A stretch of 24,000 bases of DNA from Streptomyces phage Bioscum, in sequence record KY092483.1; one strand, 5' to 3'. The notes below the pieces were generated by a model. That model did no database searches, had not been told where the DNA came from, and saw only the letters and a list, made by a program, of their open reading frames with translations. Of the stretch, positions 7,397 to 15,194 are shown in pieces; the stretch's first letter is position 1, and each line of letters opens with the position of its first letter. Position numbers and translations under genes: made by a program.

Positions 7397-7446
7397 CGAC
7401 GTCGTTTACACACTGTGGCGTGCACCTCAGTGTCTAAATGACGTCG
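7397..7446. promoter_or_regulatory. attP: Candidate phage attachment site (attP) for the serine integrase
   Basis: CGACGTCGTTTACACACTG-TGGCGTGCACCT-CAGTGTCTAAATGACGTCG: 19-nt imperfect inverted arms (17/19) around a 12-nt centre, 50 bp in total, abutting the integrase 3' end. Confidence 0.5.
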
Positions 7447-9170
7447 GAGCCGAACGCGGCGCATTCCTTGTTGCGACAGACCCGGGGGGCGAGTCCGGTC
7501 ATGACCGTCCCGCACTTCTCGCAGGCCCACGGGTCCGGCTCCCATACGGGATGCACCTCGTACTCGATGGTCTGCTTTTCCTTGCGGTACACCCCGTGTA
7601 CCTCGCACGCAACTCGGCGGATGACCTGCCTCAACATCGCGTTGAGTTCCTCGTTGTCGAACGTCTCCCACTCCTCCATGAGCCCGACCATGAGCGGGCG
7701 GATTTCCTCCTTCGTCGGCATTCTCGCCGTCTCCGTCGTGAGCTTCTTGATCTGCTCGGCCACCTTCTGCCGCTGCTCGACCAGTTCGTTGCGAACCCGC
7801 CCGAACGAGTCATTCGGGTACATATCCGGGTTGAGCGCGTGATTCGTTACGAGTCGGTCGATGGCCTTTTCGAGCTTGGTCAGCTCGGCGGTCAGTCGCG
7901 CTCGCGCGAGGTTCGCTCGTGCTTCGGCGTCGCCGTTGCCCCCCTCGGCGCGGTGCTCGGAGGGAGCAGCATCGACGTCCTCGGCCACGTTGTCGGCGAG
8001 CCAGCGCAAGACCTCGGCCTCGACCTCGGTTCGCAGCACGTGAACCCCTGTGGGGCATCCGGCCCTCCCCTGGTCGTTTCTCTTCGAGCAGGCGATGGCG
8101 TATCCGGGCTTCGGGGTTCCGTAGGCCGCGTGCGTGCGGTTCGTTCCCGACTTCGCCTGGCACTTGCCCCGGCACAGCATGTGCGCGGTGAGCCCGGAGA
8201 GGGGGTATGTGGCCTTCCGCAACCGTGGAGCCCGCCCCTTGATGTCGGCGCGGTGTGCTTGGTACTCCTCCCACTTCTGTAGGTCGATGACCGGCGGCTG
8301 TCCGCCGGGCAGGAAGAGCATCCGGCCTTCCTTGCAGTTGTCCCGGTGCTGAATGCCGTATCCGCACGGGCACTCCGGGTCGTGCGACCGGAGCAGGCCG
8401 GCGCCGAATCCACTGTCGAGGATCCGCTGAACGGTCGCGTTCTGCCAGAGGCGCGCCCCGCGCATCGTCGGAACGGCAAGCTCTTCGTTGAGCCAGTGGG
8501 CGAGGAGGTGAAAGCCCTGGCCGCTGGTCTTCTTCTCGTACAGCTCTTCGAGCACGCTGGCGTACTCGGGGTGGTAGTCGTAGCGCTCCTCCTGGAGGCG
8601 CACCCCGCCCGGCACGGTGGCGTCCGGGACGCGGCGGGGGTGCCAGATGTAGCCGAAGCGCTGTCCGCCGGACGCGGGAAGTTTCAGCTTCCGGCGGTGC
8701 TCGTGTGTCTCCTTCCACTGTTCGCCGGCGCGGTTCGACTCGAAGTTGCCGAAGGCGAAAATCATTTCGCGTTGGAGTTCGCCGATGGCGGTCTTGGCGT
8801 CGAGGGGCTCCGTGGCGGATTCGAGTTCGCCGCCGACGCGTTCGAGGCGGGCGAGGGCAAGAGCGTTGCCGGTGCGGGTGCGGCCGAAGCGGCTGAACTT
8901 CCACACGGCGATGCCCTGCGCGCGGCGGTCCTCGACGTGTTCAAGGGCTTGCTCGATCTTGCGCTTGAAGTTCCGGCCGGTGGCGTCGAGGTCGACGATG
9001 GGCGGGTCGAGCAGGGTGCGACCGGTACGGTGCGCCCACTGCTGGATTGCGGTGAGCTGGAGTTCGGGAGAGATCTTCTCCTCTTTCCAGGTCGACACGC
9101 GGATGTAGGGCACCCAGGGCAGTTCGCCGCGCAGGGCGGCGGACGCCGGGGGTACGTACAGGCTGGTCAC
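7434..9170 (-). CDS. int: Large serine recombinase / phage integrase
   Basis: VPYIRVSTWKEEKISPELQLTAIQQWAHRTGRTLLD...GIAVWKFSRFGRTRTGNALALARLERVGGELESATEPLDAKTAIGELQREMIFAFGNFES; recombinase domain, Cys-rich segment, coiled coil, C-terminal CEKCGTVM...CRNKEC. Confidence 0.93.
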   Translation of the reverse strand: MTSLYVPPASAALRGELPWVPYIRVSTWKEEKISPELQLTAIQQWAHRTGRTLLDPPIVDLDATGRNFKRKIEQALEHVEDRRAQGIAVWKFSRFGRTRTGNALALARLERVGGELESATEPLDAKTAIGELQREMIFAFGNFESNRAGEQWKETHEHRRKLKLPASGGQRFGYIWHPRRVPDATVPGGVRLQEERYDYHPEYASVLEELYEKKTSGQGFHLLAHWLNEELAVPTMRGARLWQNATVQRILDSGFGAGLLRSHDPECPCGYGIQHRDNCKEGRMLFLPGGQPPVIDLQKWEEYQAHRADIKGRAPRLRKATYPLSGLTAHMLCRGKCQAKSGTNRTHAAYGTPKPGYAIACSKRNDQGRAGCPTGVHVLRTEVEAEVLRWLADNVAEDVDAAPSEHRAEGGNGDAEARANLARARLTAELTKLEKAIDRLVTNHALNPDMYPNDSFGRVRNELVEQRQKVAEQIKKLTTETARMPTKEEIRPLMVGLMEEWETFDNEELNAMLRQVIRRVACEVHGVYRKEKQTIEYEVHPVWEPDPWACEKCGTVMTGLAPRVCRNKECAAFGSDVI

Positions 9171-9538
9171 TGTGCCTTCCGTTTCTCCTTGGGGGTGTTG
9201 GTCGGGCTGCGGTGCAGTTGCACCACGTTGCCCGGGGTCTGCTCGTCGTCCTGGTGGTGGCCGGGGGTCGGCGGGGCCGGGTCCGGGACGAGCAGGCCGC
9301 GCGCAACGTGGTGGAGGGCCAGCGCGTAGCCGGCCTGGTGCGCTTCGGCGAGCTGGTCGTCGGTGATCTGGTGGGTGCGGGTGATCATCACCCAGTAGAG
9401 GAGGGGGACCGTCGCAACGGCGCCGAGGATGCCCGCATCGGTGAGGGCTTGGGCGCCGGTGGCCCATCCGGACGCCCCGACGGCGAGGGCGGCGGCGAAG
9501 AGACCGGCGGTGATGAGGGGCGCGGGACGACGGAACAC
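9167..9538 (-). CDS. Small membrane protein, unknown function
   Basis: 123 aa with hydrophobic N-terminal segments; overlaps the integrase start. Confidence 0.6.
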   Translation of the reverse strand: MFRRPAPLITAGLFAAALAVGASGWATGAQALTDAGILGAVATVPLLYWVMITRTHQITDDQLAEAHQAGYALALHHVARGLLVPDPAPPTPGHHQDDEQTPGNVVQLHRSPTNTPKEKRKAQ

Positions 9539-9560
9539 GAGGGTGACCTCCGAGGCGGTG

Positions 9561-10001
9561 CTACTCGGCTCGGGCCTCGCCCTCGCCGGTGTCGGACTGT
9601 TCTTGCAGCGTGCGCGTCATGTTGAGGAACAGCTCACGCTTGTGGGGGTCGGTGATGCCGAGGTCGTTTGCGGCTTCCTCGGGGCTGATCTTGCGGGCGG
9701 TGTCCGTCGTGGGGTGCTGGACGTCGTAAAGCTGGTCGTCGGTGATGACGCCGGTCCGTACGAGGATCTCGGCGAGCGGCTTGTTGAGGGCCGTGGCGAG
9801 GGTGCCGAGGACGCGGGTGTCCGTGACGGCTTCGCCCCGGAGGAGCCGGCCGACGGTCGAGGCGCTGAGGCCGCTATCTGCGGCAAAGCGGGAGCGGCCC
9901 CCGCTGCGTAGGCCGGTGACGTTGTATCCGCGTCTCACGAGTTCCTGAGAGAGCCATGCGGCGAACGCGGCGCGCGTCGCGTCGGTCTTGTTTTCTGCCA
10001 T
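9561..10001 (-). CDS. HTH (XRE-like) phage repressor candidate
   Basis: RFAADSGLSASTVGRLLRGEAVTDTRVLGTLATALNKPLAEILVRTGVI; diverges from the early operon. Confidence 0.82.
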   Translation of the reverse strand: MAENKTDATRAAFAAWLSQELVRRGYNVTGLRSGGRSRFAADSGLSASTVGRLLRGEAVTDTRVLGTLATALNKPLAEILVRTGVITDDQLYDVQHPTTDTARKISPEEAANDLGITDPHKRELFLNMTRTLQEQSDTGEGEARAE

Positions 10002-10021
10002 GGCAGAAATCTAGCGCGCTC

Positions 10022-10037
10022 GTTTCACTGATGAAAC
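10022..10037. promoter_or_regulatory. Repressor operator candidate
   Basis: GTTTCA-CTGA-TGAAAC perfect inverted repeat just upstream of the repressor start (10001). Confidence 0.5.
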
Positions 10038-10234
10038 AGCGAGTTCTAGACATGGCTCCCCCCTCCCCCGTGTGCGGCCCCGTTGGCCCGACCTGCGACG
10101 TTTCTGTCGAACGAGGGTTCGATACTGCCCAGCTTTCAACCACTCTGTCAACGCGAAGCACATGACTCAGTCACATGCCGTTACGAGGTAGACCCACAAG
10201 TCTCGGACATGGTTGTGACACCGCCCACCGGTTT

Positions 10235-10256
10235 TATCTTTCACGCGTGAAAGATA
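10235..10256. promoter_or_regulatory. 22-bp perfect palindrome, operator candidate
   Basis: TATCTTTCACGCGTGAAAGATA; shares TTTCA-N4-TGAAA with the 10022 site; lies upstream of the early operon. Confidence 0.65.
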
Positions 10257-10314
10257 GGTGCTACCTTTCTGTCACGGCAGACAGCTATCTGCCTCGAAAG
10301 AAGGAAGCACGCCC

Positions 10315-10527
10315 ATGTACGACCGCGCTCTCTTGCAGCAGGCCGCCACCGCGCACGGGGTGAGCGACTACAAGGCCCTTGCCGCCGACCTCGGCATCCC
10401 GCCCGTCACGGCGTGGCGTCTGTGGGGTGGCGTGACCGCCCCCTCGGCCCGCCTCGCGGCCAAGGTGCACGCCCGCTACGGCCTCACCGCCGGCCAGCTC
10501 ATCACCCCGGCGAAGGCCGCCGCATGA
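10315..10527 (+). CDS. Small Cro/YdaS-like HTH protein
   Basis: MYDRALLQQAATAHGVSDYKALAADLGIPPVTAWRLWGGVTAPSARLAAKVHARYGLTAGQLITPAKAAA. Confidence 0.8.
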   Translation: MYDRALLQQAATAHGVSDYKALAADLGIPPVTAWRLWGGVTAPSARLAAKVHARYGLTAGQLITPAKAAA

Positions 10528-10709
10528 CCGGCCCCGTGATCCCCCGCGAGCAGGCCGTGCGGAACTTCCGCCGCGTCCTCGACGCCGCCCGCGACCGCCG
10601 CGACCGCGACCGCGCCGCCGGACGCCTCGACCCCGAGGTCGAGCTGATCTTGCGCCGCCTCGAACGCGCCCAGCGCGAGCAGCCCACCCCCCGGCCGCTC
10701 GCCGCCTGA
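10524..10709 (+). CDS. Small hypothetical phage protein
   Basis: MTGPVIPREQAVRNFRRVLDAARDRRDRDRAAGRLDPEVELILRRLERAQREQPTPRPLAA; ATGA overlap with upstream gene. Confidence 0.65.
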   Translation: MTGPVIPREQAVRNFRRVLDAARDRRDRDRAAGRLDPEVELILRRLERAQREQPTPRPLAA

Positions 10710-10771
10710 AACGCGGAAGGGCCGCCCGGATGCGACCCGGACGGCCCTCTCATCCCCCGAAGGAGATCAAC

Positions 10772-11158
10772 ATGCAGCCCCAGGGTACCCACCCCGCCCC
10801 GCGCGCCGCCGAGGCCATCCTCGGCGCCCGTCAGGCCCGCAGCCGCACCCGCTTCGTCGGCGTCGTGGCGCGCCAGCTCCACGAGATCGCCGCCGGCACC
10901 GTCCGCGTCCGCACCGTGCCCGTCACCGTGAACGGCGCGCGCCGCGTGTGGGTCGAGCTGGTCGGTTCGGCCGGCCAGCCGGTGAGCCGCTCGGCCGCCG
11001 AGTGCCGGGCCGCCTACGGCCTGCTCCGCCGGGCCTTCCCGTCCGCCGACTGGTCGGTGCCCCGCACCTACAACGCGGCGACCGGGGACCTCACCCACGA
11101 CGGCCCCGGCGTCCCGGTCGACCTCGGCCTCGACACCGCGCCGGCGGTGATCCGGTGA
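10772..11158 (+). CDS. Hypothetical phage early protein
   Basis: 128 aa, MQPQGTHPAPRAAEAILGARQARSRTRFVGVVARQLHEIAAGTVRVRTVPVTVNGARRVWVEL...; AAGGAGAT RBS. Confidence 0.7.
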   Translation: MQPQGTHPAPRAAEAILGARQARSRTRFVGVVARQLHEIAAGTVRVRTVPVTVNGARRVWVELVGSAGQPVSRSAAECRAAYGLLRRAFPSADWSVPRTYNAATGDLTHDGPGVPVDLGLDTAPAVIR

Positions 11159-11532
11159 TCCGCCCGACCCTCACCGCCGACGGGACCGCCGTCCGCCTCC
11201 CGGTCACCCTCGCCGTCTCCCCCCTGCTCGACGAACTCGCCCTCGCGTACGCCGAGGACCCCGACCTGTTCGGCCGCCTGCTCGCCAAGCACGCCGCGTC
11301 GGTCGTCGCCCTCGACCACGTGGTCGTGAGCGACGACGCCGCCGACTGGGAGCGCGCCATGCGGGCCGCCGAGGCGGACGGGTCCCGCGACGCCCTGCTC
11401 GACCGGTTGGAGTCCGCCGAGCGCCTCGACGACCTGCTCACGCCCGACGACGCCATCGCCCTCGCCACGTCGCTCACGAAGCAGGCCGCCTACATCCGCC
11501 ACCGCACCACCGCACAGGAGAACCGCTCGTGA
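11155..11532 (+). CDS. Hypothetical phage early protein
   Basis: GTG start overlapping previous stop; 125 aa. Confidence 0.7.
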   Translation: MIRPTLTADGTAVRLPVTLAVSPLLDELALAYAEDPDLFGRLLAKHAASVVALDHVVVSDDAADWERAMRAAEADGSRDALLDRLESAERLDDLLTPDDAIALATSLTKQAAYIRHRTTAQENRS

Positions 11533-12590
11533 CCGTCACCACCCTGCCCACCGCCCACACCGCGCCCCCAGTCGTCGAGCCCGCCGTCGACCACCGCGTG
11601 TCCACCGCGTACACCCCGGCCCCGACCGGGACGAGCGCCGACCTCCCCCGCGTGTTCGCCGTCATCCACGGCGTCATGCGGGACGTCATGCCCGTGAGCA
11701 AGGACAAGCAGAACCAGCAGCAGAACTACAACTTCCGGGGCGTCGACGACGCCATGTCCGCCATGGCCGGCCCCATGCGGAACCACGGGTGCTTCATCGC
11801 CCCCGAGGTCATCGAGCACAAGCAGCGCCCGCGCGGCGAGAAGGGCACGCACACGGTGCTCACGATGCTGTACCGCATCTACGGACCGGCCGGTGACTGC
11901 CTCGCCGTCACCATCCCGGGCGAGGCCATGGACACGGCCGACAAGAGCACCAACAAGGCGATGTCGGCCGCGCTCAAGTACATGCTCTTTCAGGTGTTCA
12001 TGATCCCCGTGGACGCGCGCAGCATCGACGACGGCGACCGCGACCACCCGGTCATGAGCAACGCCCCGCAGCAGCGCCAGCAGCCGCAGCAGCAGCGCCG
12101 CCCGCAGCAGCAGCGGGGGCAGCGCAGCCAGCAGCGGCGCCCGCAGCAGGAACAGGGACAGGGACAGGGACAGCCGCAGCAGCGCCAGCGCCGGGACTAC
12201 GCCGGCGAGGCCCGGCAGGCGACGAGCGAGGAGCAGTTCGCCGCGATCCGAAAGGCCGCCGAGGAGGCCGGGGCGCCGCCGGAGTACATCACCCAACTCG
12301 ACGCCATCGCCGCCCAGAAGCGCGCCGCGAGCACCGCGCCGCAGCAGCCCGCCGCCGGGGCGCCGCAGCAGCAGGCCCCGGCCGCCGCTCCGGCCCCGGC
12401 CGCAAGCACCGCGCCGCCGACCGCGAGCACGACGGCCGCCGCCGAGGAGGCCCTCCGGCTCGCTGCTTCCCGCGCCGGCTACCAGTCCCTTGACGACGAC
12501 TTCCAGCGCGCCTACGGCCGGACGATCGCCGAGGCCGACGTCACCACCCTGAACGCCTACCGCTCGATGATCGAGAGGGCCGCCCAGTGA
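11529..12590 (+). CDS. erf: ERF-family single-strand annealing protein
   Basis: VFAVIHGVMRDVMPVSKDKQNQQQNYNFRGVDDAMSAMAGPMRNHGCFIAPEVI...DTADKSTNKAMSAALKYMLFQVFMIPVD; long Gln-rich linker; C-terminal helical domain. Confidence 0.88.
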   Translation: MTVTTLPTAHTAPPVVEPAVDHRVSTAYTPAPTGTSADLPRVFAVIHGVMRDVMPVSKDKQNQQQNYNFRGVDDAMSAMAGPMRNHGCFIAPEVIEHKQRPRGEKGTHTVLTMLYRIYGPAGDCLAVTIPGEAMDTADKSTNKAMSAALKYMLFQVFMIPVDARSIDDGDRDHPVMSNAPQQRQQPQQQRRPQQQRGQRSQQRRPQQEQGQGQGQPQQRQRRDYAGEARQATSEEQFAAIRKAAEEAGAPPEYITQLDAIAAQKRAASTAPQQPAAGAPQQQAPAAAPAPAASTAPPTASTTAAAEEALRLAASRAGYQSLDDDFQRAYGRTIAEADVTTLNAYRSMIERAAQ

Positions 12591-13321
12591 CCACGCAGAC
12601 CGAACCGCCGCTCTCCGAGATCGAACAGCACCACTACGACACGCTCGTTGAGCGCATGGGCGTCAACCGGCTGCTCGCCGAGGAGCAGGCCGCGCACGGC
12701 GAGGAGCCCCTCGACGACGAGCAGGCCCCGGCCTCCGAGGTGATCGCCGGCACCGAGACCCGGGACGCCATCATGCGCGTTGCTGTCCTCGGCGCCCTGC
12801 TCGACGAGGTCAAGGCGGCCCACAAGACCGCCCGCGCCGAGGCCGAAGCGCTCTTGGAGCAGCAGTACAAGGCGACCGGCACGTCGAAGACCGACGCACT
12901 GTTGCCGGACGGGACCAAGGTCGGGTCGATCTCCCGCCGAGGCGGCGAGCGGGCCGCCACGGTCACCGACGAGGACGTGTTCGCCGCATGGGTCCGCGAC
13001 AACTTCCCGAGCGAGTTCGAGATCGAGATGATCCCGATGCGGCTGGAGACCCGCGTGCGCCCGGGGTTCGCCGCGAAGGTCATGGCCGAGGCGACCGCCG
13101 CCGGGACGGCCCGGTACGTCGACGAGCAGACCGGCCAGGTGCACGACGTGCCCGGCGTCGAGATCCGCCCGTCCCGCGCCGCGTCGCACCAGATGACCTA
13201 CAGCCGGACGTCGAAGGCGCAGGCCCTCACCGGCCGCGAGTTGGTCGCCCGCGCATGGCGGAGCGGCGCCCTCGCCCCGAACGTGCTGCCCGCCCTCGCC
13301 CACGAGGGGGCCGCCGAATGA
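12587..13321 (+). CDS. Hypothetical phage protein, recombination-associated by position
   Basis: 244 aa directly after the ERF gene with ATGA overlap; contains KTARAEAEALLEQQYKATGTSKTDALLPDGTKVGSISRRGGERAATVTDEDVFAAWVRDNFP. Confidence 0.75.
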   Translation: MTTQTEPPLSEIEQHHYDTLVERMGVNRLLAEEQAAHGEEPLDDEQAPASEVIAGTETRDAIMRVAVLGALLDEVKAAHKTARAEAEALLEQQYKATGTSKTDALLPDGTKVGSISRRGGERAATVTDEDVFAAWVRDNFPSEFEIEMIPMRLETRVRPGFAAKVMAEATAAGTARYVDEQTGQVHDVPGVEIRPSRAASHQMTYSRTSKAQALTGRELVARAWRSGALAPNVLPALAHEGAAE

Positions 13322-13659
13322 TGCCGCACCTGCCGTACGCGGACGCCGTCCACGCCGCCCTGGTCGAGGCCGACGTCGCCCCCGAGACGCTCACCGCGAC
13401 CGAGACCGACGACGGACAGTTCGTCGTCCTGGTCGAGTGGCCGACCGTGCGCACGTCGCTCCGCTGGCACTCCGGGACCGGGTGGAGGCACAGCGCCCCG
13501 CACTGCGGCGGCCCCCTGTTCGTCGACCACCTCGCCGACCCGGCCGCCCTCGCCGAGGCCGCCGGCCAACTGCTCGACGGGTTCCCGCCGCACACGACCC
13601 GGGCCCGCTGGACCGGCGCCCCGACCCTCGACCGCGCCCTCGCCGCACGCGGCATTTGA
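13318..13659 (+). CDS. Hypothetical phage protein
   Basis: MMPHLPYADAVHAALVEADVAPETLTATETDDGQFVVLVEWPTVRTSLRWHSGTGW...; overlaps previous stop. Confidence 0.7.
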   Translation: MMPHLPYADAVHAALVEADVAPETLTATETDDGQFVVLVEWPTVRTSLRWHSGTGWRHSAPHCGGPLFVDHLADPAALAEAAGQLLDGFPPHTTRARWTGAPTLDRALAARGI

Positions 13660-13724
13660 CCGCCCGCACACCGGCCCGCCCCGCCCCCCGAACGGGGCGG
13701 GCCCCCCGACCAGGAGCACCACCC

Positions 13725-14024
13725 ATGAACTCCCAGACGCTCACCCCTAGTTGGCACCGGGGCGCCGCGTGCGCCGGCCTGGACGTCAACGCGTTCTATC
13801 CGGACGCGACCGACGCCGAGGGCCGCCGCGAGGCCCTCGCGATCTGCGGCCTGTGCCCGGTCCGCGAGGAGTGCCTCGCCGAGGTCATGGCCGAGGAGGG
13901 CGGACGCGGGAGGACCAGCCGATTCGGCATCCGGGGCGGCAAGACCCCCAGCGCCCGTTTCCACTTCCACAAGGCCACCGTCAAGGCGGAGCGCGACCGC
14001 CTCGCCGCCGAGGCCGCCGCGTGA
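13725..14024 (+). CDS. WhiB-like (Wbl) transcription factor
   Basis: WHRGAACAGLDVNAFYPD...ICGLCPVREECLAEVMAEEG...RFGIRGGKTPSAR: four Cys in C-X(n)-CxxC-x5-C plus the G[I/V]xGG motif. Confidence 0.92.
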   Translation: MNSQTLTPSWHRGAACAGLDVNAFYPDATDAEGRREALAICGLCPVREECLAEVMAEEGGRGRTSRFGIRGGKTPSARFHFHKATVKAERDRLAAEAAA

Positions 14025-14239
14025 CCGGCCGCGAGCGCCTCGACCGCGCCCGCCGCCTGCTCGACACCGCGCCGCCGGCGCCCGTCCCCGGTCAACTCCC
14101 CCTCGACCAGGCCGAGCCGAAACCGAGCCCCCCGTGCGACACGGGCAACCCCAGGTGCAACGCCACCCCGACCCGCCCGTACCCGTGCGGGTGGCGGTGC
14201 GACACCCACCGCCCCCTGCCGCGTACCCGCCCGCAGTAG
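14021..14239 (+). CDS. Small hypothetical protein
   Basis: 72 aa MTGRERLDRARRLLDTAPPAPVPGQLPLDQAEPKPSPPCDTGNPRCNATP...; GTG overlaps previous stop. Confidence 0.55.
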   Translation: MTGRERLDRARRLLDTAPPAPVPGQLPLDQAEPKPSPPCDTGNPRCNATPTRPYPCGWRCDTHRPLPRTRPQ

Positions 14240-14315
14240 CCCCCCGTTCCGCCCCGGGGCGAGGCCGGACCCGTTCCCCTCGCCCCGGGCGCACCACCCC
14301 GACAGGACCCCCGAC

Positions 14316-15194
14316 ATGGCCCGTATCCGCACGATCAAGCCCACCTTTTTCACTTCCCTGACGATCGCCGACCTCACCATCGAGCAGCGCTTGACGTTCA
14401 TCGGCCTGTGGACGCACTGCGACGACCAGGGCCGCGCCGTCGACGACGCCCGGCTCATCAAGGCCGCGCTTTGGCCGCTCGACGACCGGACCGCCGCCGA
14501 CGTCGAGACCGACCTCGCCGCACTCAGTGAGTCCTCACTGATCGTTCGGTACGTCGTCACCGGCAAGCGCTACTTGGCCGTGTCCGGGTGGAAGGAGCAC
14601 CAGCGGATCAACCGCCCGTCCGCGTCGGGCCTCCCCGCGCCCGACCAGGGAGAATCCACCCCGGAACCGCCCCTGACCAGCAGTGATGAGGACTCCGAGC
14701 AGGCTCACGCACACCTCAGTGAGGACTCACCCCAGGAAAGGAACAGGGAACAGGGAAGGGAACAGGGAACAGGGAACAGGAAGTCGTCGGCCCTCGCTCC
14801 GCGAGACCCCGACCCGGCGCCGGCCCGTGAGGACGTCGAGCGGCTGTGTGAGCACCTCGCCGACCGCATCGTGCAGAACGGCAGCAAGCGCCCCAACATC
14901 ACGAAGGGGTGGCGGGACGCGGCCCGGCTCATGCTCGACAAGGACGGCCGCACCGAGGAGGCCGTGCACCGCGCTATCGACTGGTGCCAGGACTCCGACT
15001 TCTGGCGCTCGAACGTCATGTCGATGCCGAAGCTCCGCGACAAGTACGACACCCTGCGCCTCCAGGCCAGTCGCCCGGCCGCCGGCGGGAACGTCGTCCC
15101 CATCGGCTCCGCCCGCCCCTCGACGACCGATCAGCGGGTCGCCGAGGGTCTCGACCTCGCCGCCCGACTCCGCGCCCAGGAGGCCGCCCAGTGA
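14316..15194 (+). CDS. Phage replication-initiator/replisome-organizer-like protein
   Basis: MARIRTIKPTFFTSLTIADLTIEQRLTFIGLWTHCDDQGRAVDDARLIKAALWPLDD...YLAVSGWKEHQRINRPSAS...HRAIDWCQDSDFWRSNVMSMPKLRDKYDTLRLQ. Confidence 0.85.
   Translation: MARIRTIKPTFFTSLTIADLTIEQRLTFIGLWTHCDDQGRAVDDARLIKAALWPLDDRTAADVETDLAALSESSLIVRYVVTGKRYLAVSGWKEHQRINRPSASGLPAPDQGESTPEPPLTSSDEDSEQAHAHLSEDSPQERNREQGREQGTGNRKSSALAPRDPDPAPAREDVERLCEHLADRIVQNGSKRPNITKGWRDAARLMLDKDGRTEEAVHRAIDWCQDSDFWRSNVMSMPKLRDKYDTLRLQASRPAAGGNVVPIGSARPSTTDQRVAEGLDLAARLRAQEAAQ
14740..14779 (+). repeat. GGAACAG heptamer tandem repeats (2 copies + 5-nt partial + 3 copies)
   Basis: GGAACAG GGAACAG GGAAG GGAACAG GGAACAG GGAACAG, read directly. 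Confidence 0.9.

Noticed and set aside
7434-10001. Prophage attL/attR pair or transposon ends
   Set aside because: No second copy of the attP-like core was noticed and no transposase or terminal inverted repeats were seen; the recombinase is a large serine integrase of phage type.
12070-12230. CAG-rich repeat tract
   Set aside because: Encodes the Gln-rich linker of the ERF protein; best explained as a disordered linker, not a DNA repeat element.
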